This document shows positions 28,673 through 46,120 of a DNA stretch of 64,000 nt, piece after piece. The position numbers were made by a program, and so were the translations under genes. Positions within the stretch are counted from its first letter, which is position 1. Each line of letters starts with the position of its first letter. The notes under the pieces were generated by a model. That model was not told the DNA's origin and searched no databases. It saw only the letters and a list, made by a program, of their open reading frames with translations. Source of the stretch: Octopus vulgaris (lineage: Eukaryota); contig OX597829.1 of assembly GCA_951406725.2 (NCBI GenBank), positions 9,610,001 through 9,674,000 on the forward strand. The letters run 5' to 3'.

Positions 28673-28947
28673 ATATATATATGTTTTTATGTATATATAG
28701 TTATACACACACAATATGTACTTAGGCATAATATATATTTATACATTGTTATTTGCATATTTTCGAACGTATGCATGAATATAAATGCACACATATATAT
28801 GTATACATGTATATATATATATATATATATAAACACACATATATGTATAAATATACATATACATATGCATATATATACATGCACACGTATATATATGCAC
28901 ATGCATATACGCATATACACACATATATACATGTATATATAGATGAC

Positions 28948-29018
<71 letters not shown>

Positions 29019-29039
29019 AATATATATACATATATATAT

Positions 29040-29077
<38 letters not shown>

Positions 29078-29309
29078 TATATATTTATGTTTGTGTGTAT
29101 GTATTTATATATTTGTTTCAGTTAAAAAGCCAACTCCCGTCTGCTCCTACCTGTTGAGTCGGTGTCCTTTTCAGTCATCAAATATCTGAATTAGATGCAG
29201 TAAAATTTTACTGGCTTATTTTAGAGTATCAATCAGCATTATACACTCTCACACCCGCAAACACACACTTCCTCGCAAGTATGCATGCACGCACTTGTAC
29301 ACATTATGT

Positions 29310-29420
<111 letters not shown>

Positions 29421-29462
29421 TATATACATATATATATATACATATATATATATATACATATA

Positions 29463-29503
<41 letters not shown>

Positions 29504-29544
29504 ATCAATGCATGCACGCACTTGTACACATTATGTATACATAC

Positions 29545-29581
<37 letters not shown>

Positions 29582-29612
29582 TGTATATATACATACATAC
29601 AACATACACACA

Positions 29613-29713
<101 letters not shown>

Positions 29714-29840
29714 ATCAATATACACATGGACATACATAGATATATACGAACATACATACATATGTGCATATGTATACAAAGTTAAAACGCTTAGAGTCAC
29801 AGCACACACATGCACTAATGCGATTATCTGCATGGTTTTT

Positions 29841-29915
<75 letters not shown>

Positions 29916-29955
29916 GATACATATATATATATATGTGTGTGTGTGTTTCTGTGTG

Positions 29956-29995
<40 letters not shown>

Positions 29996-30473
29996 ATATG
30001 GCATATATGAGTTTACGTGTAAAGCTTTTAAATGTATATTTATGAATGATTTTTTGTGCATTGAAGTGATTCCTTTAAATGGGCGACGGTGCGAAACTCC
30101 TCCTTCTGTGTTTGTGAAACTAAGTTTTGCTATTTCTCAAATCTTACTTCGTGTCTTTGTTCTCTCGTAAGAATCTCAAAGACATATTTTCCTCATTTTC
30201 ATTTATTGCTTTTCTCGCACCCTTTTTTCAGCGGATGATTTTGGCCTGGGTTACCCTCTCAGACGTGTGTTCAACCGTATCTTAGTGCTGTATGTAACAG
30301 TTGTGTGAATGGCTGGATGGATGAATGGATGGACATTGCATTGAGGCATATCTAAAATGAATTAATTTTACCGATGTATATTCACATACATATATACATG
30401 CATACATACAAGCTCCCTCGATACACATATGTATATACATATATAAATATATATATGCATGTATGTATGCAAA

Positions 30474-30513
<40 letters not shown>

Positions 30514-30904
30514 CACACAAATACATTTTTATATAAGTATATATATGTATTTGTGTGTTTACAGTCCTCGTATAAGATAACCAAAAGTAGACACAACTCA
30601 TGAACCACGCCGTCGAACACACGCACGCGCGCAAATATCAACAAGTGTTTCAGTGCTAAACTAAACGTACACACACACACTCACCACTGACTTACACACC
30701 ACCGCCACCACCATCACCACCATAACAACCACCAACACCACCATCACTGTCAGCATCAGTACACACCATATTGTCATAGAACACTACTTATCACACACAC
30801 ACACACACACAGAAGAAAAATGTGGACACCGTTTCCTTCCCCAAAAATTAAATCTCAGCCATTTAAGATAGCAAATGATTCGTGCTTGAATTGTGAAAAT
30901 AGGC

Positions 30905-31290
30905 CAAAAGTCGCTAGAAATAGTTAGGGTTTATCCCTCAAATCTTACTGGACGTCTTAAATAGAGAACAGAAATATTATATAATCGTATTCTTAGATAA
31001 ACCCACAAAGTTGGGAATAGTCAAAATGGATGACAATTTGAATCCAGCATCTTAACAGCAATACATTTATATTATTTTATTATTTGGGTGGAGGCGAGCA
31101 GTTAATAAAGAGAACTCTATATCGGTTCCTAGAAATAGCAAGCAAATGCCCATCGTATGGCATCATATAACGTTCTAAAACTAGGAAGGTATGTTAAATG
31201 TAGTCACTTTAGATGCAGGTTAGTCGTGGACGGACCGCTTTGTATCATAGGCCTCTGCCCAAAACGAATTTGCATCACAACTTAACAGGT
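30905..31290 (-). repeat. Two decayed copies of dispersed repeat family D
   Basis: CTAGAAATAG..CCCTCAAATC and CTAGAAATAGCAAGCAAAT motifs, as in the 45890, 60735 and 62470 copies. Confidence 0.45.
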
Positions 31291-31335
31291 TGTTGTGTTT
31301 TGTAGATTGTCAGGCCTTAAAACATATACATTACA

Positions 31336-31427
<92 letters not shown>

Positions 31428-31432
31428 CATAC

Positions 31433-31465
<33 letters not shown>

Positions 31466-31789
31466 TTATAAAGATATATATACATACATATATCTATATA
31501 AGTATATATATAATGTATGTATGTATGAATGTATGTTTTTATCTATATCATGATGTATTTAACACTTCAAGTTCTTTATTTGTTTACAGATATTAAATGT
31601 CTTATCTATTTCTCCTAACTCAGAATGTTCCCCTGAGCCATTTTGTTTTTGACACACACGCACGCACGCACTCGCGCGCACACACACACACGCAATCATA
31701 CGCACATAACTACACCTACGAAGTCGAAACAAACCACTTAAACTATTATCTAGAAGTTTGTATGTATAAAATTATATGTGTGTGTATAC

Positions 31790-31845
<56 letters not shown>

Positions 31846-31893
31846 GTATATATATTTGTATATGTAAATACATATGTATATGTATATATATAT

Positions 31894-31927
<34 letters not shown>

Positions 31928-31946
31928 GTATATTATATATATATAT

Positions 31947-32016
<70 letters not shown>

Positions 32017-32027
32017 GTATATATATA

Positions 32028-32079
<52 letters not shown>

Positions 32080-32549
32080 GTGTGTGTGTGTGTGTGCGTG
32101 CATGTATGTAGAGCAATGTAAACAGTTTGTGTGACTTGTGTTATCTCGCTCCTATAAGACACAAGGACGACAATGTATTTATAGATTTAGGCTTATTTTC
32201 TGAAAGTTTAGACTTCTTTAACAGTTTTCCAATCGACAAAATGAAGAGATTCACATAAGAACGTATTCTTTAACTTCGTAGTTTCAATAAACACGCACAC
32301 ACCCACAAATATACACATACCAGATCTGTCGACTCGTATCTATGACTTACTGGATCGCCAAATGGAGTTCGATACAATAAAGCTTAGTAACAATATAGAT
32401 GTTTGATATAATCATCAGAAGGAAGTTCCCTCGCAAACAAACAGCCTGGACCTGAATCGTGTAAAAAGACTTGTGTGTGTGTGTGCACGCGCGCGAATGT
32501 GTATACATATTGATATATATATATATAAACATACATACGCACATGTGTG

Positions 32550-32625
<76 letters not shown>

Positions 32626-32872
32626 TATATATTTATGTATACATATGCATATATGTGTGTGTGTATGTTGAAAATCGCTTTCATAGTTTGATGTAGAGAT
32701 AGATAACTTGAGAGACAGACAGACAAGCAGACAGATACAGACAGGCAGATATACATACATATATGCATAGAAACACTCATACACACACACACAAACACAC
32801 ACACCACACACATATATATACAGTCATAAATACACATATTGAGACAGACAATGAATGGAAATACGAACATAG

Positions 32873-33121
<249 letters not shown>

Positions 33122-33935
33122 TGAGATGTGGGTGTGTCCCTATCAGAGCATGTGTTTATACTTATACCAGTAAACGTAAATAATGTGGGTATATATCGTA
33201 TATCCCGTTATGTCCCTTAACATAGCCGGACGGAGAATAGTTACAATAAAAGAAGTACCATTCTTCACCGAATACCGGGGTCAAGCGAATTGAGTAGAGC
33301 CCCTGACATCGGTACCCCGAGATGGCATCAACCCAATACTTGAAATGAGTGAAAAATAAAAATTCTACGTACATACATGCATTCTTAGACATAAATATAT
33401 TCATATTCACATACACACACACACACACTCGCATGTGAGTGTGTGTGTATATTTATATATGTGTGTGTGTGTATACATGTACTTGTTTGTGTATATATAT
33501 GTTTACATACATACAACTAAGACAGACGGTGCACAGGGAATAGGCTTTCAACTAGGGTAGACCTAGACGGGTTTAAAGTGTAAGGAGTGTTTATGTGTGT
33601 GTGTGTGTGTTGTAGGGAGATGTTATGGTTGTGTGTATATGCGTGCCTGTAAGATGTGTGCGTTTAAGCTGTGTATGCTGTGATGTTTGGGTAACAGGTG
33701 TGATGTATGGTTAGTCTGCCCCCCCCCCCCCACCGACCAGATCTTCCATTAGAGAAAAATACAACCACTGCCCCCTCCCCTTACATACACGCACAGACAT
33801 AAACTCGCGCGTGTACACAGCCGGATGTCTATATGCATGTGTACACAAATATTTATTTGTATATATATATATATATATATATAGATGTGTGTGCGTATGT
33901 ATATATGTATATATTAATATATATGTCATATTTGA

Positions 33936-33974
<39 letters not shown>

Positions 33975-34019
33975 TGTTTGCGTATGCCTATGTATGTATA
34001 TATTAATAAATGTCATATT

Positions 34020-34060
<41 letters not shown>

Positions 34061-34118
34061 CTATATATGTATGTATCTATATATTCATAAGTGCAAGTAC
34101 GTACATATGTAGAGGCAT

Positions 34119-34221
<103 letters not shown>

Positions 34222-34274
34222 TCATACATGCATACATCCAAATACATACGTATATACATGTATGTATATATAAT

Positions 34275-34315
<41 letters not shown>

Positions 34316-34601
34316 ACATATATGTGCGTACGTATGTATTTCAATGTACAGAGACAAAGAGAGAGTGGGAGAGAACGGGAGAGAAAGAGAAAGTGGGCGA
34401 GAGTGGAAGTCGGAGAAAGAGACAGTCAGACAGACAGAAGGACCTTAAGATAAAGAGTTTAGCAAAACTTTCTGTTATAACGACTGGGGAACCTGATCTT
34501 TCCTTCCAGCTCTTCTGTAAGTGCCAAATGTATATTACATTATACACTCACTATCGCATACTCTCCACACACTCACACACACACATATACACACACTCAC
34601 A

Positions 34602-34638
<37 letters not shown>

Positions 34639-34878
34639 TAACACACATGTGTTTTAACATGTGCGTGTGTGTTCGCCTGTCTCTCAGATTGTCAAACGTT
34701 CTGCACACACGCACTTGTTTTTCCAAATCTCAAACCACCAGAAATTGTTTTTAACTTTCCGTGTTTCGATAAAGTGTATTCTTATCAAATTTTCGTACAC
34801 GCGTACTATACATGTATTCCAAATAATAATGTATACCCACATATACCCATACACTGATATACAATCATATATATATAC

Positions 34879-34943
<65 letters not shown>

Positions 34944-35195
34944 CATATGTATTTGCATATGATCATAGAAATATATCTGTGTCTGTGCATGTATGTACAT
35001 ATATAAATATATACATGCATGTATATGATTGTGACTGTTTGCTTAATTAATCTATGTAGTTATTGCGGATAGTTATGTTGTAGTTAAATGAATAACAGAA
35101 ACTAAACTTTATGTCCAGTAATTTTGTTGTTGTTTTCTGCTTTCAAAATATATTGCATATTTACTCTATATCTTGAAGTGTGTGTAAATCGGAGC

Positions 35196-35230
<35 letters not shown>

Positions 35231-35247
35231 GTTTGTGTGTATACGTG

Positions 35248-35292
<45 letters not shown>

Positions 35293-35809
35293 TATATATA
35301 TGTGTGCGTGTAGAGACTCACACAAGCGACCGCAAACAGAGTGAGAGAGGGAGAGAGAGAAAGAGCGAGAGTTGTTTACAGGTGGTTAAAAGTTATACCT
35401 ACGTGCATTTAATTGTATGTGTAGGTATGTATATAGGAATGCATATGATTAATAAATGAACACACGTGCTTTTTTTAATCCTTATATTTTTATTTTTATT
35501 TTTGTAATTATTCGGGTTTTTTTTTTATTTGTACTTTTTTTCTTCCTAAGTCATTCACAAGTAAACAAACACATAACATATTACAGGCTGACACCCACTT
35601 ACACCCGTTTATTGAGATTCGAAAATTGCACGGAAGGTTTTCCTACATAGAAATAAACCCGTTTACAAAGACGATCATTTATCCAACATTTTCTGACACG
35701 TGTGTGCGAGTGCTGACCACTTTGCGACTTTCAACGCGATTAAACAAATAGAATATGCATATAAACATATATACGTATGCCTGCTGCGTGTATACATACA
35801 TACATGCAT

Positions 35810-35856
<47 letters not shown>

Positions 35857-36147
35857 GTCATGATATATATATATATATATATATATGCAGGTGCATTAAT
35901 TGAAGCCGATATCATATTCCTATAGGAGCAAATATGTATGTACAGCATATTATGCATTACATAATATATGTATAGATATTTATCAAATTGATTCTATATA
36001 TGTGCGTGTGTATATGTGCTCATATGTATGTGCGTGCAATACGCACACTCACACGCGCCCATACACACACAATGACATGCATATGCATGTATGCGGATAT
36101 AGATTGGCCTTATATATATATATATATATATATATACCAGCTAAAGA

Positions 36148-36294
<147 letters not shown>

Positions 36295-36362
36295 ACCAGC
36301 TAAAGAGTATATATATATACATATATATGCCTGTCTGTTTGTCATTATATATATACATATAC

Positions 36363-36433
<71 letters not shown>

Positions 36434-36460
36434 AGGTTTGGATATGATGTACAGGTATTA

Positions 36461-36785
<325 letters not shown>

Positions 36786-37411
36786 TACATATATAATATA
36801 TATTATATATATATATATATATATGTATAAATGGATGAATGAATTATCCTTTGTTTACTGTTAACATATATACACATATATATACATATTCACACACACA
36901 CGCATACTTACACACATATATATATATAAGCCCCCACACACACATTTATGAGTGTGTGTGGGAGAGAGAGAATATGTGCATAGTGTATATAAGCGCACAT
37001 TCAACAACAGCAATACACACACACACACATACAAGAAACATACTAATACATCTACTCGGTGCCTATTTCCGCCCATGAAAAGCACCAGCGCCTTCTGTTC
37101 ATTTTTTTTTTTGCTTTTTTTTTTTGTTGTTTTGGGGTTTTGTTTGTTATTTTCGCTTCTCTTTTTTTTCTCTTGTCTCTTATCTATCTTCCTTCCTTCT
37201 TAGATTCTTGTATTCTTTAATTTTTACCATTTGTTCCAGAGATATCTCCTATTTCACTCCAACACACTCCTCTGTGTGTGTGCGTATGCCAGACAGTAAT
37301 TATTGTATACATACATACGCATACACACGCATATATTTACATATCAGTATATATGTACATATATATATATATATCTCTATATACATATATATAAATATAT
37401 ATATATATGTG

Positions 37412-37494
<83 letters not shown>

Positions 37495-37511
37495 ATATAT
37501 ATATATAATAC

Positions 37512-37555
<44 letters not shown>

Positions 37556-37607
37556 ATATATATATGTACATATAAATATATATATACATGTAGGTATATG
37601 TATGCGC

Positions 37608-37647
<40 letters not shown>

Positions 37648-37848
37648 GCATTTGTATACATATATATATGTGTGTGTGTGTGGGTATGTATGTATATATG
37701 TATATCTATATATAGATAGACATACAGAATTGAAGAGATACATTTCGCTTCGGCTTTAGAGTCCATGGGCCTAGGCCCTTTATGGATGCGAATCCAATGG
37801 TCAGTCTTTGACCGGACACGAATTAACTACATATAAATATATACGTAC

Positions 37849-37925
<77 letters not shown>

Positions 37926-37988
37926 GACACATATATACATATAATATATACATATATATATATATATTTAAATATGTGTGTGTATATG

Positions 37989-38060
<72 letters not shown>

Positions 38061-38066
38061 CATTCA

Positions 38067-38125
<59 letters not shown>

Positions 38126-38440
38126 GTATGTATACACACACACATATGTGTGTTCATCTATAAATATGTTAGGTCATTCCTGCAAGAAGATATCAACTAT
38201 GTTAAATACAAACATACAGATACGCATACGTATGCTCACACACATACACACACATGCATGTATGTGTGTATTATATTGTATGCATGTATGCATGTATGTA
38301 CCCCTGCATGCACGTGTATATATATATATATTGTGTGTATATATCTATACATATATACATACATACATACACACACACACACATATATATATATGTATGT
38401 AAGTATATATATGTATATATATATATACGCAGACACGCAT

Positions 38441-38593
<153 letters not shown>

Positions 38594-39152
38594 CAGATGG
38601 ACAGACGGATAGACAGTCTGATATTGAAATTTATTTTTAGAGACTTATTTCTATGTTTATATATCTTTTTTTTTTGTTTTATTCACATTTGGAATAGAAC
38701 AAATTTTATTTCAAAAAAGTATTAATTAAAAAATATTAATGATAAAAAAAAAACGAAACTATATTTAAAAGAGTACAACAAACAAAAGGAAAATTAACTC
38801 CGCTAGAAAAAAATAAAAGAAAAGAACATTAGTAATAAGAAGAAGAACAACAACCAAACAAACATGACACAAATAAGCAGAAACGAAAAAGTTATAAAAT
38901 GCAAGTTGAAATATTTTTGGTAATTTCTGCCGTGCTCTATCATAAAAGTCTGCTAGGAAGAAAGTTGCTCAGACTTTTTCGCAGTTCCAGAGGCTAAGCT
39001 TCGTTATACCATTCCACCATCCCAACATATTAAGTGACATGTCTCCTCATTTATCCCAATTCTTCCATTCATTCTTGCCTCTCTTTCTTGTTCTTCTTCC
39101 GTTTCTCCCTCTTCTCTTCGTCCTTCGACCTTTCTCCCTTCCCTTCTCCTTC

Positions 39153-39247
<95 letters not shown>

Positions 39248-39575
39248 TATATTTAATTTTCTTATTGTATTTTAGTTGTTGTTATTGTTATTGGTGAGAA
39301 AAGCTCACATAACACAGATTTATTCATCTACTGGTGTATGTTCTGTACTAGTTATGTACATAAAATGACAAACTCAGGTTGCCACGTACACTAACTTATA
39401 TACACACACGTATACACTGATGAAAACATACAAGCATACACATATACACGCACACAAAAGCGCGCAAACAAATACATACACGCAAAAAAAACGCACGCAC
39501 ACATTCACACATGCTTATACTGTCTTACTGTATCACGCAAACAGGTTTATATACAATCTTCTGCAGAGACACATG

Positions 39576-39721
<146 letters not shown>

Positions 39722-40834
39722 TAGACAAATAGATAGATAGATAGAAAGATGGATAGATTGATAGATGGACAGACTGACAGGGAGCCATTTAGATGGATGG
39801 ATAGATGATGGATAGAGAGACATTTATATATATATATATATATATATATTCATATGCACACACACACATTTAAATATATGTATGTATGTATGTATATATT
39901 TATATGCACACGACTCCCTAAAACAAATCGGTGTTCTTTCCTCATCTCTTTTTATTTCATATACAATGCATATATATACTTTTATATTGCATGCATTCGT
40001 GTATATATATACATATATATATATACATGCATATACATATATACATATATACATATGTATATATATATATATATACATGCATACATACATACATACATAT
40101 ATATATATATATACATACACACACACACACATACATTCATATAAATTTCTAAGCATTGGAGTTTCATTTTTCTTTTTTTTGGTTAAATGTATACACTCAC
40201 TCATTAGTTGGACACAAGTTATTCGTACGTGTGTGGAGCGTGCTCCCGCATGGCCTCACCATAATATAAGAAGGAGAGTGAAGAACACGAAAAATTCAAC
40301 AATCACTTTATTCAACTCCCTTTGGTGTTGTTATTTATCGCTTTTGCTTCTGTTGTTTCTTTAGTTGTTCCTTTTGTTATCTGGTCCCTGTTCAGACCTC
40401 AACAAGCAGATCAACAATTAAATGACCCCAGTTGTGACAATTCTGCCCATTCCCTATTAATGGAAATGCCAGTAACACATTATTTCAAATTTACCTTTTT
40501 TGCACAAAACTATAGGATGTGTCTTGAAGGAAGTTCCGTTGCTCTATTTCTAGCAGAATTAACGGCCACTTGGAAGCTCCTTTGGTTTGAAATTGCTGTT
40601 ACTTTTGATGCTCTTAAAATTGTTTAAGAAGTAGACAAAATGTCTTGTGGTGTCGTTCTGTGATTTCTTCGTTTTAGTCTGAGTTGATACCCACACTAGA
40701 GTGGTTTTCTACCTTTCGTAGAAAACTAGTGTGTTTTTTACCATCGAATGGCGGGTCGTTAACGTAGGTGCCAATCAAGTACTCGGACTTCTGCCACAAA
40801 ATACTTGGATTTGAGCATGTGACAGAAATTATGG

Positions 40835-41050
40835 CGCTGAATTGGCAGATTCGGTAATGTGTTCAACAAAATGGCATTTGGCATTTTGTTGTGGTCTTTT
40901 ACGCTCATTGTTCAAATCCGTCTGCGATCAATATTGCCTTTCATCCTTCTGTGACAAATGGCATAAGGTACTATGCAAGTCCAAAGGGCCAATGTAACCG
41001 ACTATTCCCTGTCACCCACATTGCAGGCCATGTTTAGTTATTCAAAACAC
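40835..41050 (+). mobile_element. SINE family B, heavily diverged
   Basis: GGCAGATTCGGT head, GTTCAAATCC B-box and TTGCCTTTCATCCTT central motif, in the same order as the 55267 copy. Confidence 0.6.
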
Positions 41051-41548
41051 TGAGTTCCTTGAATGGTCCCTTGATGGTGGTTCTTTTTATCAATCTGGAG
41101 TACCAATGAAGACAAATTTATATGCAGGCATCTCAAGTCCATATCCTGACACAGTATAAGATTCTGTAACATGAAATTCGTTTCCAATTCACTTCCAAAT
41201 TCATTGACTCTTCAAGTAATATGGAAGTCAGTAGGATCCATTTTTCTTTTAACGTTACAGGATTCTACACTGCATGAAGATTTTCAAGAACGCAAAAGTT
41301 TCCGTGTAGTGTGCATGCTATCGGTTTGCTTTCTAACATGTTCCATTTATGTTCCATCATTCTTGTGGAAATAATTAAAGTATAGGGTTTTTTCGTTTTG
41401 TTTTTTCTTTTGGTTATTTTTATTCTAAATTAATTATTCTGATATAAACAAACAAATGAATAAATAGTTATGTTGTCATTTTAAACAAAATAAACAATAA
41501 TAATCATTTATCCAGATTTTTATCTTTGTTCGTCAACATGATCATCGC

Positions 41549-41549
<1 letters not shown>

Positions 41550-41632
<83 letters not shown>

Positions 41633-41690
41633 TAATATTATTATTATTATTATTACTAATATTATTATTATTATCATCATCATCATTATT
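41550..41690. repeat. (ATT)n/(ATC)n trinucleotide repeat
   Basis: Direct reading. Confidence 0.95.
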
Positions 41691-44250
41691 TTTATTCTCC
41701 ATTGAATGGATTGATTGTGTGTAAAGCTGTTGTTTAAACATCTGTCTCGTAAGAATGTTTGACTGACAAATTAGACTTTCAGAGAACGCAGCTAATTCGT
41801 TCTGTCTGGATCTGGATGGAGGGTTAGTGTTGTCAGTAAGTATGGCCGACAACCAGGGCAGAAACATTAAGCGACTAAATAAAGAATTAAGAAAAAGAAG
41901 AATAAATAAAAATTCCGTACATTATTTATTAACACCACCTCTGCCCCACCACCACTGCCACCTGTCCCGTGCCACCACCGCCATCATAATTTTTCCAAAT
42001 CTTGATGTTTATATTCTTGAGGATATTGCAACTGTTTTTGTAATTGTTGTTTGTATTTTTGTTGTTGTGTCAGCTCTTTTCTGGTCTGCAGATATTGTTA
42101 ACCTGTTGAATCATTCGATCGGTGGTTCGACTCGTGGCCCCTATTCTTTGTTTTCCTTTTCCTGTGCCATGGCAACAGGCGTCGGCGTTCATGAACCTTT
42201 ATTCTCCAGCTTCAAGATTTGAAGATTCCTGATACAACAGTGTATTGCCTTTGCTTCCAACTGTTTATTTACCTTTTACTATGTTAGTCTCCTGTTCTAC
42301 TGACTTTATCCTTCAGGAAAAGGACATACTATACTCTTAGGTCCTGGTACTGGTTCGCTCGACATCAAAGTCTGTCCACGCATCAGTGAGCTTCTGTGAC
42401 ACATGTCAAGGAGGCAGCCTTTTAGACACAGAACCATTTTACAGATACTACCAACTCGGACCAGAGTGGCCTTGGTAACTGAAGTGATTCCTTACTTCCC
42501 GCAACTCTTTAAACATCACATCAGCTACTTTGACTGACACAATAGTGTGATAGATCTCCAAGTTGTGTTGCGTGAAACCAGTAACTAACAACATGAAAAG
42601 GAACTCTTCTTTGACTTGTGGGCGTCTAATACTTTGTCATTGTTGAGAAAGAGTTTGCTAGTTGTTACATGGGAAAATGGTCAGATCTTACCTTGTAGCT
42701 CTCTTGTTGTTACAACTGGATACATAATGGGATTATGAATCTGAATACGTGATCGAACTCTTAGTTCTATACTTGCATATGGAATTATTTAATATCAGAA
42801 ATAATCTTTAAAGAATAATCAGAATAAAATTATTAGGGATTATTTTGTATGATTTTCTAAATGTTGATTAAGTATATAAAAGGTCACCTATGTTTAGAAA
42901 GAAGAAAAGGAATGCTGAGAGGCTTAAGTATTACAGAAATATTTAAGCGACGTTAATTGAAATAAACCATTATAACTCAGAACTGAAACGTAATTGCGAT
43001 GTTGTTTATTTTTCTTTGGGATCTTATCCATGTATATACGCCAGAGAAAAATACATAAACACATAATCAGTGATATGTATAATTGTAATGAAAGGTAATT
43101 AATTCTCTTGGTGATTAAGAAACTAGATATCAAACATTGGTGTTTCTTTACAAATATAGATGTTGTTTCAAGCATTTTAACGATGTAAAGAGTTGTAAAT
43201 TGTCTAAAAATCAGTGTTTCGTGCCTTGTTTCAGAATAGTTCTGCATTCAAAAAGAACCTAACAGTCAACTCTCAGCTGTCCAGTCTACGTAGCAGTCAA
43301 ACGACACCGTTGTGTGTCACTATACTGTATTTGTGACAAAGAAATTCACCTCTCATCAGCCCAGTTTACCTAGCTATAACAAGGTACCACCGTGAAGCAT
43401 TGTTCAATCAAGACACTTAACTGTTAACAATGAGTCCAGCTGTAAATAAGTTCCGCGGCTTTGTGTTTTTCTTTTACAACTTAACACACATAATTCTAAG
43501 TAGACACCAGTAGATTGTTGTATTTTCAGTAACATGTTCATGGCCTTCACCACAGACATATTACTAGTGCTTCCATTCACTCGTAAACATATGCTATCAG
43601 AGTGGATACAGATAGCTAATACACTCTAACACTATTGTCATGAGATCGCCCTATCTCCAAATATGCTTAACATTCCAGTCGGAACATCTCTGTGCCTTGG
43701 TGAAACATAGTTTTATACACACACACCTTCATGTGGCTGTTAGATGTCTATATACATTTAATTATATTCCGTTATTTCCGTGAATTAAATTTAATAATTT
43801 CTTGTGTTATATCTTTTACTTTAATTCCTTTTAATCTAAAAACCACAATACAAGCAAAACAATGTGGTCAGTATAAGTTATGATGTAATTTGATGGAGGT
43901 TTGGCTACTACTGTAGGCCATATACTGTCTTTACATAATTATTTAACGTTGATTTAAAAAATATATTTAATATTAGACGATACCGAGTCTAAATAATCTA
44001 ATATACTCGCCAAGGAAATTTTAATTTTGATAGCTAAATGGTTACGTTACTTGTGCCACATTTCTGAATTGCTGACAGTATCATCTGCTAATTCCTGTCT
44101 AGGGTTTTTATTTAACTGCCCTTGTGTCTAATTTTGTTGTTATTTATTAGTACTGCTGTAACTTATATCCTTAAACGCACGGATTTAAAAGCATGTCATC
44201 AAGTTATGTAACCATGAAGAACGTGTCACACTAATTAAAAAACCACGGAG

Positions 44251-45075
44251 AAAAAGTGGTTCAACGGCAGGATGGATATAGAAGTTTATAGTTGCTCAAG
44301 AACAGTAGGATCTAACGACAGAGTTGTATCAATAGAGAGTGACGCTAAAATTTCGGTAGTGCACTTTTATAAGTGCTAAAGCGACTTGAAGAAAACCTTC
44401 ATTTCTTCAACACTGAACGACAATTCCAGTACACTGTCGAAGTAAGATAACGTGAAATGATAAAACAATAAACTATCTTCAAAAGGTTAAGGGAATCCAA
44501 AAGCACGGCATTTCTGGCAACCCTCGTTGGAAAGCAGTCAAAGCTTCCAAGATCCAATTGATCAAAGTGTACGGCTGACTGAAAGAAAAGGAGTTGACCC
44601 GGAAAGTTAAAAACACCAACCAGCAAGCATGAACGTTTATGAACGAGAATAATATGAAAAGTCCAAAGCTGGAAGGTTAGCAAGAATGTCCTTGTAGATG
44701 GGTACAGACCTAATTCACACTTTTGAAGAACTTTCTGCAGAATCCACCATGGAGAGCTGCGAGGATGGATGCATATCTGCTATCCATACTTGCGTTGACA
44801 CTCGTGATGGCATATTCAACAAAGATGAACTGAAGAAGGTCAGAAACTCTGTTGGGAAGTGAAAGGATCCCGGAGCTGATGTAACATCATTTGAAGAACT
44901 CAAGATCTGAGAGACATCCTGCTTTGCTTAACATTTGCATTACATCACTGACGAAGTGGGATAAGCCGAAAAATGCGTTTCCTTTCGAATATCATTCCTA
45001 TTCTCAAACCCGAATCACTGAGCCCAATCAACCAATTTCAGAAACATCAATCGGACAAGGGTCATTTATCCGTTC
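44251..45075 (+). pseudogene. Decayed non-LTR retrotransposon ORF (end of APE endonuclease to start of RT), RTE/RTEX-like
   Basis: Manual translation across stops and frameshifts gives KKWFNGRMDIEVYSCSRTVGSNDRVVS (44251-44331; cf. APE C-terminal GSDHR motif), GIFNKDELKKVRNSVGK*KDPGAD (44809-44880; cf. GKAPGPD), LLNICITSLTKWDKP and LSNIIPILKPESLS (from 44982; cf. pre-RT IIPIPK motif). Clade assignment is from memory. Confidence 0.75.
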
Positions 45076-45094
45076 TCAGGGCTAAAAGTACTAT

Positions 45095-45236
45095 TCTTCT
45101 TCTTCTTCTTCTTCTTCTTCTTCTTCTTCTTCTTCTTCTTCTTCTTCTTCTTCTTCTTCTTCTTCTTCTTTTTCTTCTTCTTCTTCTTCTTCTTCTTCTT
45201 CTTCTTCTTCTTCTTCTTCTTCTTCTTCTTCTTCTC

Positions 45237-45269
<33 letters not shown>

Positions 45270-45270
45270 T
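45095..45270. repeat. (CTT)n followed by (ATT)n
   Basis: Direct reading; source of the poly-L and poly-K ORFs. Confidence 0.95.
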
Positions 45271-45889
45271 AATATCAGTAGTTGCATGGTATCATTGCCC
45301 TTTGATTGATATGTACCACATTCCAAGACAATCTGTTAATACCTATTCAGGGTCTTCGTTTGTTTATAGCTAAACTGGAGAGATTTGAAAATAGATACGC
45401 CGGAATATAAAGAAGACATCATGAGTGAGAAACAAAGAAGGAAGGGCGAGGGGAGTGGGGATGGAGAGAAAGGAGAGGAGGCGGGGAGAGAAGGAGAGTG
45501 GCTTTGAAATGACCAATAATAAATCAATTAATTTATATATGTTTAGTTATATTACACTTTCTGAGTTAACAAAACTGTTTATATTTTTTTACATGGATTA
45601 TGATGGTCGTCTTTTTTTTGTTGTTTTGGAGGTTATTCTTTGTTTTTGCGATTATCTTTCATAAATGATAATAATCTTCAGAATAGCTTTAATTAGATGA
45701 CTACTGCGATAGTGATGTCACTGAATTGCTTTGATCCATTTAGCCGCAGGTAATGGAAACAGCTTGTGTCCCATTAAAGATTATACGAATGATTCTGAAA
45801 GATCAGTAGTAATTAAAACATTTCGTTGGTGGTTGTGCATTGTTTGCAGTCGACTCTCTTTAAACGTACTGAGTAGATGCGCTGTTTGA

Positions 45890-46120
45890 CCAATTCAACG
45901 AGAGAACACTGCCCTTTTTTTTTTTTGGTCGTTCGTTCTGCTAAGAATAGCTTACAAATATCTCTGAAATCACACCCCAACAATCTAAAAATATAAACGG
46001 GAGGACACATCCGATAATGTATTCTTAGTGAACACTAATAGAAGATCATGACCACGTCCTGATTACCTTTGATCGTAAATTCAACTGGATCAGAGATGAT
46101 ATGAACTATAAACAACACAA
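45890..46120 (-). repeat. Dispersed repeat family D
   Basis: GCTAAGAATAGC..CAAATATCTCTGAAATCACACC..CCTTTGATCGTA..TAAACAAC is colinear with the reverse complement of 62470-62670. Confidence 0.55.

Noticed and set aside
32395-32425. Minus-strand CTGATGA
   Set aside because: No stem plus GAAA downstream.
42124-42176. B-box-like GGTTCGACTCG and X-box-like GCCATGGCAAC
   Set aside because: Isolated short motifs; no A-box or cloverleaf for a tRNA gene.
43340-43362. Minus-strand CTGATGA with a weak stem
   Set aside because: Not followed by GAAA.
44948-44980. CTGACGA ... CCGAAA
   Set aside because: Lies within LINE coding remnant and no helices form.
44973-45326. Poly-Leu and poly-Lys ORFs
   Set aside because: Products of the (CTT)n tract; only the first residues derive from the LINE fossil.
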